From: Bacilli bacterium
Lineage (GTDB): Bacteria; Bacillota_I; Bacilli_A; RF39; UBA660
NCBI GenBank assembly: GCA_017940575.1
Contig: JAGAYJ010000008.1
Coordinates: 350 to 64,349, forward strand
DNA: 64,000 nucleotides
Reading direction: 5' to 3'
Shown here: piece by piece, positions 40,803 through 50,040 of the stretch
Layout of the letters: every line of letters begins with the position of its first letter
Numbering within the stretch: the stretch's first letter is position 1
Made by a program: the position numbers and the translations under genes
The notes under the pieces: model-generated
Seen by the model: the letters and a program-made list of their open reading frames with translations, nothing else
Database searches by the model: none
What the model was told of the DNA's origin: nothing

Positions 40803-41233
40803 TAGGAATAGCAAGTGATCATGGGGGATATGAATTAAAAGAAAAAATTAAAGCTGAATTAAAAGAATTTAACTTTAAGGATTTTGGAACAACATCAACT
40901 GAATCTGTAGATTATCCACTTTATGCATTTAAAGTAGGAGAAGCTGTATCTAAAGGTGAAGTAAAACTTGGTATTGTTATATGTACAACAGGAATAGGTA
41001 TTTCTATTGCTTGTAATAAAGTAAAAGGAGTAAGATGCGCTAAAGTAGCAGATATAAAAGAAGCGGAAATGTCTAGACTTCATAATAATGCTAATGTAGT
41101 AGCACTAAACTCTAAAGTAGCAAATCCAATTGAAATTGTAAGAACTTTTTTAACAACAGATTTCTTAAATGAAGAACGTCATATTAGAAGAATCAATCAA
41201 ATAAAACATTATGAGGAGACAAATGAGTATTAA
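40799..41233 (+). CDS. rpiB: ribose-5-phosphate isomerase B (RpiB/LacAB family)
   Basis: 144 aa. Motifs IGIASDHGGYELKE, GIVICTTGIGISIACNK, HNNANV. Confidence 0.9.
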   Translation: MIGIASDHGGYELKEKIKAELKEFNFKDFGTTSTESVDYPLYAFKVGEAVSKGEVKLGIVICTTGIGISIACNKVKGVRCAKVADIKEAEMSRLHNNANVVALNSKVANPIEIVRTFLTTDFLNEERHIRRINQIKHYEETNEY

Positions 41234-41417
41234 AGCAATACTTTATATAATAATTACTCCCTTTGTTATTTGGTCACTAGATTCCATAAATATAGAAGGG
41301 AAATTTAAAAAGAATAGAATATATCAAGCAAGATTTCTAGCTCTTTTTATAAGTTTTTCCATATCTTATCTTGTAGTTAATTACTTTTATGATTTCTTTA
41401 TAAATGTTAAATTTTAA
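41211..41417 (+). CDS. small membrane protein (DUF1146/YwzB-like)
   Basis: 68 aa, two TM helices. Position between rpiB and spoIID echoes Bacillus ywzB near spoIID. Family call is from memory. Confidence 0.6.
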   Translation: MRRQMSIKAILYIIITPFVIWSLDSINIEGKFKKNRIYQARFLALFISFSISYLVVNYFYDFFINVKF

Positions 41418-41499
41418 TATAAACACTGTTCTAAAAAGAATTGTGTTTTTTTTGACAAAATTTATATATAAATAATTATAAAATATATATGGTGATTGT

Positions 41500-42420
41500 A
41501 TGAAAAAACTTTTTTTATTTATATTAATAATAATACTTATTCCTTTTTTAATAGTTACATATTTAAATAAAGACGATAAATTTTTGGTTAAATTTAAAGA
41601 TAAAAAGGAATATTTAGTAAAAGTAAAATATGAAGATGGAAAAATTATAGAAGTTCCTTTTGAAGAGTATATTTTAGGTGTAGTTGCAGCTGAGATGCCT
41701 GCTGAATTTGAAGTTGATGCACTAAAAGCACAAGCAGTAGCATCACGTAGTTATGTTTTAAAAAAAATAGAACAAAATAAAACTAATGATTATGATATTT
41801 TAGCCTCAATTATGAATCAAGTATATATTGATAATGCTAGTTTAAAAGAAAAATGGAAAGATAAATACAACAATTATTATAAAAAAATAAAATCTGCAGT
41901 TTTAAATACTAAGGGTGAATATTTAACTTATCAAGGTAAAGTAATAGAAGCGTTCTTTTTCTCAACAAGTAGCGGTATGACGGAAAACTCAGAAGATGTA
42001 TTTATAAGTGCTCTTCCATATTTAAGAAGCGTTGAATCATCATACGATAATATGTCACCTGTATTTAAAAGTACTAATACATTCTCACTTAAAGAATTCT
42101 ATACTAATTTAAATTTGGATTATAAAGATAAACCAATTATTAAAATACTTGAAAAATCAAATGCTGGTCATATAAAAAAGATAAGTATTGATGGTAATAT
42201 GTTTAAAGGAACAGAATTTAGAAAACTTTTAAATTTAAAATCAACATACTTTGACATAAAAGTAGATAATGATAAAGTAATAATTAATACTCTCGGTAAT
42301 GGACATGGCGTTGGTATGAGTCAATATGGCGCAAACTATATGGCAAAAGAAGGTAAAACTTATAAAGAAATATTAAAGCATTTCTATAAAGATGTAGAAA
42401 TTTCAAAATTAAATGTATAA
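41500..42420 (+). CDS. spoIID: stage II sporulation protein D (lytic transglycosylase)
   Basis: 306 aa. Motifs YILGVVAAEMPAEF, EALKAQAVASRSY, FFSTSSGMTENSEDVF, GHGVGMSQYGA. Confidence 0.93.
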   Translation: MKKLFLFILIIILIPFLIVTYLNKDDKFLVKFKDKKEYLVKVKYEDGKIIEVPFEEYILGVVAAEMPAEFEVDALKAQAVASRSYVLKKIEQNKTNDYDILASIMNQVYIDNASLKEKWKDKYNNYYKKIKSAVLNTKGEYLTYQGKVIEAFFFSTSSGMTENSEDVFISALPYLRSVESSYDNMSPVFKSTNTFSLKEFYTNLNLDYKDKPIIKILEKSNAGHIKKISIDGNMFKGTEFRKLLNLKSTYFDIKVDNDKVIINTLGNGHGVGMSQYGANYMAKEGKTYKEILKHFYKDVEISKLNV

Positions 42421-42460
42421 AAAAACAATTTTTGCCTAATTTAAAAATGAGGTGAAAAAA

Positions 42461-43093
42461 ATGGAAAATAGAAAACTAAGAAAGTCTACAATTTATTTAC
42501 TTTATAGTGTTGGATTTGTATTACTTGTTGGAATCGCTTATTTAATCGAAGGAACATTTACAACTCGTCATTTAGATGATACTACATATGTAGGAGATAC
42601 TATTATTAAAGATAAAGTAAAACCTGTTGTTGCCGAAGAAGATAAAATCTTAAGACCATTTACTGATAATGAAGTAAAGGTTTTGAGAGATTATTATGAT
42701 TATCAAGGAAATGAAGAGTCACAAGAAAAATCAATTATAGAGTACAACAAAACATATATGCAAAACAGTGGTATATGTTATGGTGGAAAAGATGACTTTG
42801 ATGTAGTTAGTATCTTAGATGGTAAAGTTATAGATATAAAAGATGATGACTTGCTTGGTACAACAGTACAAATAGAACATGCTAATAACATTATAAGTGT
42901 TTATCAGAGTTTAAAAGAAGTTAATGTTAAAGTAAATGATCAAGTTAAAGCAGGAGATAAAATAGCTAAAGCAGGTACCAATAATTTAAATAAAGATTTA
43001 GGTACGCATTTATACTTTGAAATAATTGCTGATGGAACTAATTTAAATCCAGAAAAAGTATATGATAAAACAATAAAAGAAATTAAGGGGTAA
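42461..43093 (+). CDS. spoIIQ: membrane-anchored degenerate LytM/M23 protein, SpoIIQ-like
   Basis: ORF track 42452..43093 (its GTG lies inside the SD). The ATG at 42461 follows GAGGTGA. N-terminal TM; M23 core with THLYFEI instead of HxH. Sits between spoIID and mreB as in clostridial loci. Confidence 0.7.
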   Translation: MENRKLRKSTIYLLYSVGFVLLVGIAYLIEGTFTTRHLDDTTYVGDTIIKDKVKPVVAEEDKILRPFTDNEVKVLRDYYDYQGNEESQEKSIIEYNKTYMQNSGICYGGKDDFDVVSILDGKVIDIKDDDLLGTTVQIEHANNIISVYQSLKEVNVKVNDQVKAGDKIAKAGTNNLNKDLGTHLYFEIIADGTNLNPEKVYDKTIKEIKG

Positions 43094-43127
43094 TGCCTCT
43101 TTTTAAAGTATAGAAAGAAGGTATATT

Positions 43128-44123
43128 TTGTTTAATCATGATATAGGAATAGATTTGGGTACTGCAAATGTACTAATTTATCTAAAAGGTGAAGGTGTTG
43201 TTCTCAATGAACCAAGTGTTGTTGCAATAGATTCAAATACAAGAAAGCCACTTGCTGTTGGATCTGATGCTAGAGGAATGTTAGGCAGAACTCCAGGAAA
43301 AGTAGTAGCTATTAAGCCACTTAAGGACGGGGTTATAGCTGACTTTGATACAACAGGTATAATGCTTGATCATTTTATAAAAAAAGCAGGTGGTAAATCT
43401 TTTTTTAGAAAGCCAAGAATATTAATTTGTTGTCCTTCAAATATAACAGCAGTTGAGAAACAAGCTATTAAAGATGCAGCAATTCAAACAGGGGCAAGAA
43501 AAGTATTTATCGAAGAAGAACCAAAAGTTGCTGCAATAGGAGCAGGTATAGATATATCAGAGGCAAATGGTAATATGATTATTGATATAGGTGGTGGTAC
43601 TACCGATATTGCAGTATTATCACTTGGTGGAATTGTAACTAGTGAATCAATTAAAGTTGCTGGTAATACTTTTGATGCTGATATAATGAAATATGTTAAA
43701 GATAAATATAAATTATTAATAGGAGATATGACTGCTGAAAATATAAAACTTTCTATTGGAACAGTTTTTCCAGTAAAAAAAGATGAAGAGACAATATTAG
43801 TAAAAGGAAGAGATTTAAATACAGGTCTACCTAATTCCATAGTGCTATCTTCTAATGAAATAGCAGAGGCACTAAAGGATAGTTCAGATATTATTATTCA
43901 TACAGCTAAATCTGTTTTAGAAAAAACACCACCAGAACTTGCGGCTGATATAGTTGAAAATGGAGTTACTCTAACAGGTGGAGGAGCACTTATAAAAGGT
44001 TTTGATAAGTTAATACATAAAGAGTTAAAAATTCCGGTTAGAGTTGCTGATACACCACTTGAGTGTGTTGCCCTAGGTACAGGTATAATGCTTGAAAATA
44101 TAAACCTAATTGATAATGTGTAA
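43128..44123 (+). CDS. mreB: rod-shape determining actin homologue MreB/Mbl
   Basis: 331 aa, TTG start. Motifs IGIDLGTANV, KPLKDGVIADFD, IDIGGGTTD, LTGGGA. Confidence 0.95.
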   Translation: MFNHDIGIDLGTANVLIYLKGEGVVLNEPSVVAIDSNTRKPLAVGSDARGMLGRTPGKVVAIKPLKDGVIADFDTTGIMLDHFIKKAGGKSFFRKPRILICCPSNITAVEKQAIKDAAIQTGARKVFIEEEPKVAAIGAGIDISEANGNMIIDIGGGTTDIAVLSLGGIVTSESIKVAGNTFDADIMKYVKDKYKLLIGDMTAENIKLSIGTVFPVKKDEETILVKGRDLNTGLPNSIVLSSNEIAEALKDSSDIIIHTAKSVLEKTPPELAADIVENGVTLTGGGALIKGFDKLIHKELKIPVRVADTPLECVALGTGIMLENINLIDNV

Positions 44124-44185
44124 AGAAAAGTAAACAATTATTGACTAAAAAAATTCAAAATGCTAAAATCTAATTAGGTGATATT

Positions 44186-44524
44186 ATGGATAATATAGAA
44201 ATTCCAAGTTTTGTAAATGATAGATATAATCAAAAAAAACAAGAGGAATATAAACCAACACATGAAAAAAAATCAGGAATAAAAAATTTAAAAGTCTATA
44301 AAAGAGCAATTCAACTTATAGCATTTGGTGCTGTTTTAACTGTTGCTTCTACAAATCCTAATATAAAGGAAACAGTAATAGATAGTGTTCAAGTTGTTGT
44401 AAATAAAATAGCTGATCATGATAATAAGTATTTTAATGATAGAGGTGAATACTTAAGACAAGAGGTAATTGACTTAACAGGTTCAACTCCTGAAGAAATT
44501 ACTGAAAGAGGAATGTCTAGATAA
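44186..44524 (+). CDS. hypothetical single-pass membrane protein
   Basis: 112 aa. SD GGTGAT upstream; one TM (LIAFGAVLTVAST). No family recognised. Confidence 0.6.
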   Translation: MDNIEIPSFVNDRYNQKKQEEYKPTHEKKSGIKNLKVYKRAIQLIAFGAVLTVASTNPNIKETVIDSVQVVVNKIADHDNKYFNDRGEYLRQEVIDLTGSTPEEITERGMSR

Positions 44525-44595
44525 ACTATTCAAAGGAATAGTTTTTTTAATAGACATTAAAAAAACTTAATGTTATAATTGTTTTAGGTGATATT

Positions 44596-45672
44596 ATGAT
44601 TTTCGACTATGAATCTTTTTCAAAAATATTGATAATGATATTGCTTCCATTCATATTTGTGGTAGCTATTATACCATTTGTTAAAAAACTTGCTAAAAGA
44701 GTTAATGCAATAGATATACCTAGAGGAAGACATATGCATAAAAATCCAACTCCTAAATTAGGCGGACTTGCAATATTTTTAGGTTTCTTGCTAGGCTATA
44801 TGTTTTTTGGAACTCCAAGTAGTTCTATGAATGCTATACTAATTGGTAGTTTTATAATAATACTTACAGGTGTTATTGATGATATAACAGAACTTGGTGC
44901 CTTCGCAAAGTTTATAGGTCAGCTAATAGCTGCATGTGTAATTGTGTTTTATGGTCAAATCTTAATTCAAGATGTAACTGCATTTGGACTATATATAAAC
45001 TTTAGTTTTTTATCATATCCACTTACTATATTCTTTATACTAGGATGTGTTAATTGCATTAATTTAATCGATGGATTAGATGGTCTATCTGGTGGAATTA
45101 GTTCAATATATTATTTGACAACAGGTATTATTGCTACTATTCAAGGAAAAACAGGACTAGACTTTGTAATGGCATTTACAATGCTTGGCGCAACACTTGG
45201 ATTTTTGGTATATAATATACATCCTGCAACTATATTTGCAGGAGACTCTGGTTCAATGTTTATGGGTTTCATGATATCTATAATAGCTTTATTTGGGTTT
45301 AAAAATGTTACAATGACATCTTTAATTATTCCACTTCTTATATTAGCTATTCCAATTCTTGATACATTATTTGCAATACTTAGAAGACTTCTAAAAGGTG
45401 AAAATCCAGCTAAAGGAGATAGACTTCATATACATCATCAATTATTGAATAGGAATTTATCACAAGGAAAAACAGTTGCAATTATACTATTTATTAATGC
45501 TTTATTTGCAGCCGCATCAATACTTTATATTTTAAAAGATCAAACATTAGGTTATATAGTATATGGTGTTTTACTTGTTATAGTATTTACCTTTATAATG
45601 ACAACAAATGTTGTATTTGATAGAAAAGAAATAAAAAAAAGATATAAAAAACTATTTAAAGAAAAGCAATGA
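44596..45672 (+). CDS. glycosyltransferase family 4 polyprenyl-phosphate HexNAc-1-phosphate transferase (TagO/WecA/MraY family)
   Basis: 358 aa. Motifs KLGGLAIF, IIDDITEL, NCINLIDGLDGL, IFAGDSGS. Confidence 0.9.
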   Translation: MIFDYESFSKILIMILLPFIFVVAIIPFVKKLAKRVNAIDIPRGRHMHKNPTPKLGGLAIFLGFLLGYMFFGTPSSSMNAILIGSFIIILTGVIDDITELGAFAKFIGQLIAACVIVFYGQILIQDVTAFGLYINFSFLSYPLTIFFILGCVNCINLIDGLDGLSGGISSIYYLTTGIIATIQGKTGLDFVMAFTMLGATLGFLVYNIHPATIFAGDSGSMFMGFMISIIALFGFKNVTMTSLIIPLLILAIPILDTLFAILRRLLKGENPAKGDRLHIHHQLLNRNLSQGKTVAIILFINALFAAASILYILKDQTLGYIVYGVLLVIVFTFIMTTNVVFDRKEIKKRYKKLFKEKQ

Positions 45673-45673
45673 T

Positions 45674-46261
45674 TTATTTCATTGCTTTTTTATATATTTT
45701 GATTATTTTATTGGTTGTTTTTTTGTTAGGCTTAAATATAAGTATAATGATAATTATTATTATAAAACAAATTATTTCATATATTATGCTATTGTCTGTA
45801 GTATTACTCCATATATTTAATTTATGTTCCTTAGCATATTCTTCTGCTTCATTTAGTTGATCTAAATATAAATAGTCTCCATATATATATTTAACTTCAG
45901 CTAAACCTTCTTTTAATATATCTGATTGAAGTAGTTTATCATCAATAAATACCCATACTAAATGTCTATTATATTTATCAGTTTTATCAGAATTCGCATC
46001 ATATTCAATTTCAATTTTTTTAGAACTTTTAAGTTTGCTACAAGTATAATTGCTAGCTTCTTTACCATATTCTTCTATTTTAGTTGTAGATTCAGGTGTA
46101 TCAATACCTAAAAAACGTGTTTTAATTATTTTATTATTTAGATTAAACCAGGCAGTATCACCATCAACGCATTTGTTAAGTGTAACTTCATACCTTTCAG
46201 CTGCATTTATATCAATTATAAGTGTGCAAAAACAAATGATTATCAAAAATATTTTCTTCAT
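45674..46261 (-). CDS. thermonuclease (SNase) family nuclease with signal peptide and C-terminal TM anchor
   Basis: 195 aa. Motifs RFLGIDTPES, YGKEAS, DKYNRHLVWVFID. C-terminus ICFIIIIIIILIF followed by a basic tail. Confidence 0.88.
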   Translation of the reverse strand: MKKIFLIIICFCTLIIDINAAERYEVTLNKCVDGDTAWFNLNNKIIKTRFLGIDTPESTTKIEEYGKEASNYTCSKLKSSKKIEIEYDANSDKTDKYNRHLVWVFIDDKLLQSDILKEGLAEVKYIYGDYLYLDQLNEAEEYAKEHKLNIWSNTTDNSIIYEIICFIIIIIIILIFKPNKKTTNKIIKIYKKAMK

Positions 46262-46373
46262 ATTATTACCTCTATTTAATTATATATTAAAATTTATGTT
46301 TTTTAAAGAAAAAATGAAAATTTGACAAATAGTAAAATAGTGATATTATATAGGACATTCAGGGGGGATTTAT

Positions 46374-46544
46374 ATGTTTAAACTTAAAAATTATAGATAT
46401 CTATTAAATAATAATAAATGTTTAAAATTATTTGTTAAACCATTTAAATCAGAAGATATTAAAGAGAAGCTAGATGTGATATTCAATTCACACGATTCTA
46501 AAGTGGATTGGTCAAATGAACCAGTACATTTAGTTATAAAATAA
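46374..46544 (+). CDS. unannotated small ORF (56 aa)
   Basis: Hand translation MFKLKNYRYLLNNNKCLKLFVKPFKSEDIKEKLDVIFNSHDSKVDWSNEPVHLVIK. Strong SD AGGGGGGA 6 nt upstream; TTGACA at 46322 with TG-extended TATTAT; a hairpin with T-run follows (about 46562-46588). Confidence 0.55.
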   Translation: MFKLKNYRYLLNNNKCLKLFVKPFKSEDIKEKLDVIFNSHDSKVDWSNEPVHLVIK

Positions 46545-46645
46545 TAAAAAGGGGTTTGAAAAAACGATATTAAATTTATCGTTTTTTCTTTACTTTAAGA
46601 ATATATATATGTTATAATACCAAAGGTTAAAAAGGAAGTGAACTT

Positions 46646-48454
46646 ATGAAAAAGAGAAATATAGCTATTATTGCCCATGTAGACCATGGTAAAACTACAT
46701 TAGTTGACCAATTGCTTAAATATTCAGGAACATTTAGAGATAATGAAGAAGTAGAAGTTAGAGCAATGGATTCAAATGATATTGAAAGAGAAAGAGGTAT
46801 TACAATACTAGCTAAACCAACAGCAATTGATTATAACGGATATAGAATTAATATTCTAGATACTCCAGGACATGCTGACTTTGGTGGAGAAGTTGAAAGA
46901 ATCATGAACATGGTTGATGGAGTATTACTTGTAGTAGATGCATATGAAGGTACAATGCCACAAACAAGATTTGTTCTTAAAAAAGCATTAGAAGCTGGAG
47001 TAACTCCAATAGTTGTAGTAAATAAAATAGATAAACCAACAGCAAGACCAAGTGAAGTAATAGATGAAGTATTAGATTTATTTATAGAGTTAGGCGCTGA
47101 TGAAGATCAATTAGAATTCCCAGTTATATATACATCTGCTATTAATGGTACTTCAAGTTTAGATGCAGACCCATCTACTCAAACTGAAGGAATGAACCCT
47201 GTACTTGATAGCATCATTAAATATATTCCTGAGGCTCATACTGATGTAGATGGATCACTTCAATTCCAACCAGCTTTACTAGATTATAATGATTTCGTAG
47301 GTAGAATTGGTGTAGGTGTTGTAAGACGTGGTAAAATCAAAACTAATGAAATGGTTTCATGTGTAAGATTAGACGGTTCAATTAAACAATTTAGAATTGC
47401 TAAAATGTTTGGTTATATTGGACTTAAAAGAGTTGAAATAAATGAAGCAGAAGCCGGAGATATAATTGCAATTTCTGGTTTACCTGATATTTCAGTAGGT
47501 GAAACTGTATGTGAAGTAGGTAAAGAAGATGCACTACCTAAACTTAGAATTGATGAGCCAACTCTTCAAATGACATTTGGTGTAAATACTTCACCATTTG
47601 TAGGAAGAGATGGTAAAATAGTTACTGCTCGTAAAATTGAAGAAAGACTTCTTAAAGAAACTGAAAGAGACGTATCATTAAAAATAGCTCCAAATGACTC
47701 TGAATCATTTATAGTATCAGGTCGTGGTGAGTTACACTTATCAATATTAATTGAAAATATGCGTCGTGAAGGATTCGAGCTTCAAGTATCAAAACCAGAA
47801 GTAATTATTAAAGAAATTGACGGCGTTAAATGTGAACCATATGAAGATGTTCAAATAGATGTACCAGATGAATATGTTGGTAACGTAATTGAAGCTTTAG
47901 GTAATCGTGAAGGTAAAATGGAAAACATGACAACAGCTGAAAATCAAACAAGACTTTTATATACAATACCTTCTCGTGGATTAATTGGATTCTCAACAGA
48001 ATTCATGACTATGACAAAAGGTTATGGTATTATAAACCATTCATTTAAAGAATATGCACCACTTGCAGGAGGAACTGTAGGTGAGAGAAAACTAGGTGTT
48101 TTAGTTTCTATGGAAAATGGTAAATCAACTGCATATGCTTTAGGTGGACTTGAAGATAGAGGTATCATGTTTGTTGAACCTGGTGAAGATATTTATGAAG
48201 GTATGATTGTTGGTGAACATACTCATGAAAACGATTTAGCAGTTAACGTTGTTAAAGGTAAAAACTTAACAAATACAAGAAGTGCTGGTAAAGATCATAC
48301 AGTAGTTCTAAAAAGACCTAGACTTTTATCTCTTGAATATTGTCTAGACTATATTAATAGTGATGAATATGTAGAAGTAACACCTAATCATTTAAGACTT
48401 CGTAAGAAAATTTTAAATACAAATGAAAGAAAAAAAGCAGATAGTAGAAAATAA
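46646..48454 (+). CDS. typA: translational GTPase TypA/BipA
   Basis: 602 aa. Motifs RNIAIIAHVDHGKTTLVD, DTPGHADFGGEVER, NKIDK. Confidence 0.96.
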   Translation: MKKRNIAIIAHVDHGKTTLVDQLLKYSGTFRDNEEVEVRAMDSNDIERERGITILAKPTAIDYNGYRINILDTPGHADFGGEVERIMNMVDGVLLVVDAYEGTMPQTRFVLKKALEAGVTPIVVVNKIDKPTARPSEVIDEVLDLFIELGADEDQLEFPVIYTSAINGTSSLDADPSTQTEGMNPVLDSIIKYIPEAHTDVDGSLQFQPALLDYNDFVGRIGVGVVRRGKIKTNEMVSCVRLDGSIKQFRIAKMFGYIGLKRVEINEAEAGDIIAISGLPDISVGETVCEVGKEDALPKLRIDEPTLQMTFGVNTSPFVGRDGKIVTARKIEERLLKETERDVSLKIAPNDSESFIVSGRGELHLSILIENMRREGFELQVSKPEVIIKEIDGVKCEPYEDVQIDVPDEYVGNVIEALGNREGKMENMTTAENQTRLLYTIPSRGLIGFSTEFMTMTKGYGIINHSFKEYAPLAGGTVGERKLGVLVSMENGKSTAYALGGLEDRGIMFVEPGEDIYEGMIVGEHTHENDLAVNVVKGKNLTNTRSAGKDHTVVLKRPRLLSLEYCLDYINSDEYVEVTPNHLRLRKKILNTNERKKADSRK

Positions 48455-48506
48455 AACTTATTCATTTGAATAAGTTTTTATAGGAAATTATGGGGGAGGA
48501 AATAAT

Positions 48507-48713
48507 ATGTACGAAACAAATGAATTAAAAAATTTAAGAGCTGAAAACAAATATACAATTTATGATATGGCAAATATGCTAAATATTTCATCATCTCATT
48601 ATAGTTTACTTGAAAATAAAAAAAGAAACCTATCTTATGAAATGGCTATTAAAATTGCTAAAATATTTAAAACAAAACCAGACGAAATATTCCTAAAGAA
48701 AAACACTATTTAA
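48507..48713 (+). CDS. XRE-family helix-turn-helix protein
   Basis: 68 aa. Motif LRAENKYTIYDMANMLNISSSHYSLLENKKR. Confidence 0.8.
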   Translation: MYETNELKNLRAENKYTIYDMANMLNISSSHYSLLENKKRNLSYEMAIKIAKIFKTKPDEIFLKKNTI

Positions 48714-49279
48714 GTGTTTTTTTGTATTTTATTGTCTAAATAATAATTCCTTAATTCTTTAAATCTTTGATAGTGAATAATCTCTCTTTGTCTTAAAAAA
48801 GCAAGTGGTCTTAGGATATCTTCATCATTTGTTAAATCCATTAAATGTTCATAAACAGCTCTTGCTCTTTGTTCAGCAGCCATATCGCTTTCAATATCTG
48901 CTATAAAATCACCTGTTGTTTCAATATAGGCAGTTGTAAAAGGTACACCTTCTGGATTAACTGGAAATAAACCTGAATCATGTTCTGCAAAATAACCGCC
49001 TAAACCTGCTTCTTTAATCTCTTCAATAGTAGCATCTTTCATAAGTCCAAATATCATTGATGCAATAATTTCAAGATGAGCTAACTCTTCAGTTCCAATA
49101 TCAGTAAGTAATGATTTTCCTTTATCATCTGGCATTGTGTATCTTTGATTTAAATATCTTAAAGCAGCACTCATCTCAGAATCAGGTCCAGCGTATTGGC
49201 TCATTAAGTATTTAGCCATTTTCAAATTCTTCTTTTTTATATTTACTGGATATTGTAATTTTTTACTATATAGCCACAT
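48710..49279 (-). CDS. cotJC: spore coat protein CotJC (manganese catalase family)
   Basis: 189 aa. Motifs YAGPDSEMSAALRYLNQRY and EELAHLEII. Confidence 0.92.
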   Translation of the reverse strand: MWLYSKKLQYPVNIKKKNLKMAKYLMSQYAGPDSEMSAALRYLNQRYTMPDDKGKSLLTDIGTEELAHLEIIASMIFGLMKDATIEEIKEAGLGGYFAEHDSGLFPVNPEGVPFTTAYIETTGDFIADIESDMAAEQRARAVYEHLMDLTNDEDILRPLAFLRQREIIHYQRFKELRNYYLDNKIQKNT

Positions 49280-49280
49280 A

Positions 49281-49730
49281 CTAGTTACCCCTTTCCCATG
49301 GCCATGGTGATTTATTCCAACTCCATGGATATTTATTTGTTTCTTTACTACTTACTAGAATTGGACCATATTTTTCTTCATATTTATCCCTCATATTATT
49401 AGCTTCATTTTTATAAGAGTTAAAAAGAGCTAACATATCTTTATCTTCAGGATGTAAATCTAGATATAAATGAATATCGTGAGCAGCAAAATCAAGAGCA
49501 CTTAATGTAGTTAACATTCTTGCTTGTTCGCTAGATGGATTAATGTCTAATGCTTTAACATTATATCCATTGTAAAGACTTGGAAACATATTTCCTCTAA
49601 TAAATCCTTGGTAAGGATCATATAATTTTTTAGAATTAGAGTTTTCTTCATATAATGGTTGATTGTAATTGTTATTTATATAATTGTATTTATCTAATCT
49701 ATAATCATTAAAATTTTGTTCATAAAACAT
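49281..49730 (-). CDS. cotJB: spore coat protein CotJB (clostridial long form)
   Basis: ORF track 49281..49745 (its TTG lies inside the SD). The ATG at 49730 follows GGGAGGA. Motifs LSALDFAAHDIHLYLDLHPED and N-terminal GFIRGNMFPSLY. Confidence 0.85.
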   Translation of the reverse strand: MFYEQNFNDYRLDKYNYINNNYNQPLYEENSNSKKLYDPYQGFIRGNMFPSLYNGYNVKALDINPSSEQARMLTTLSALDFAAHDIHLYLDLHPEDKDMLALFNSYKNEANNMRDKYEEKYGPILVSSKETNKYPWSWNKSPWPWERGN

Positions 49731-49818
49731 ACTTTTTCCTCCCAATTTTATATTACGTTTTTTTCCATATTTGTACTGGGCTTTTATCTAAATAATGATA
49801 AAAGTTTATAAAAAGCAC

Positions 49819-49847
49819 TTGTCAAATCTCTAATTTATATGTATAAT
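49819..49847 (+). promoter_or_regulatory. sigma-A type promoter of tRNA-His (TTGTCA-17-TATAAT)
   Basis: TTGTCA 49819-49824, TATAAT 49842-49847, 17-nt spacer. The tRNA starts 16 nt downstream. Confidence 0.6.
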
Positions 49848-49862
49848 ATCTATGTATTACAT

Positions 49863-49939
49863 GGCGTGATTGGTGAAGTGGTTAACACGGCGGATTGTGG
49901 TTCCGTTATGCAAGGGTTCGATCCCCTTATCGCGCCCCA
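49863..49939 (+). tRNA. tRNA-His (anticodon GTG) with encoded G-1 and encoded CCA
   Basis: Folded by hand: acceptor GCGTGAT/ATCGCGC with extra 5' G, anticodon stem GCGGA/TCCGT, loop TTGTGGT, T-arm AAGGG-TTCGATC-CCCTT, 3' CCCA. Confidence 0.9.
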
Positions 49940-49950
49940 TTTAAATAATA

Positions 49951-49974
49951 AACTCACTAGAAATAGTGAGTTTT
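49951..49974 (+). terminator. terminator after tRNA-His
   Basis: AACTCACT-AGAAAT-AGTGAGTT followed by TT. Confidence 0.65.
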
Positions 49975-50040
49975 CAATTTGACATTTTTGTATAGAATGT
50001 TTACAATATATCATATATTTTAAAGAAGGAGAAGATTAAT

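Noticed and set aside
40895-41083. 62-aa minus-strand ORF inside rpiB; likewise 43484..43840 and 43898..44137 inside mreB, 34791..35006 inside murA, 51221..51457, 52978..53172 and 57401..57622
   Set aside because: All are antisense to well-supported genes, with no translation signals.
45669-46325. Plus-strand ORFs 45669..45860 and 46050..46325
   Set aside because: They are antisense to the thermonuclease gene, whose SNase motifs are unambiguous.
49281-49730. Apparent CotJA-CotJB fusion (N-terminal LYDPYQGFIRGNMFPSLY resembles the CotJA motif)
   Set aside because: As far as I recall, the GF.RGN.F..LY segment is a normal N-terminal part of long clostridial-type CotJB proteins. It is therefore probably the standard lineage form rather than a novel fusion, and alignment against CotJA/CotJB families would settle it.
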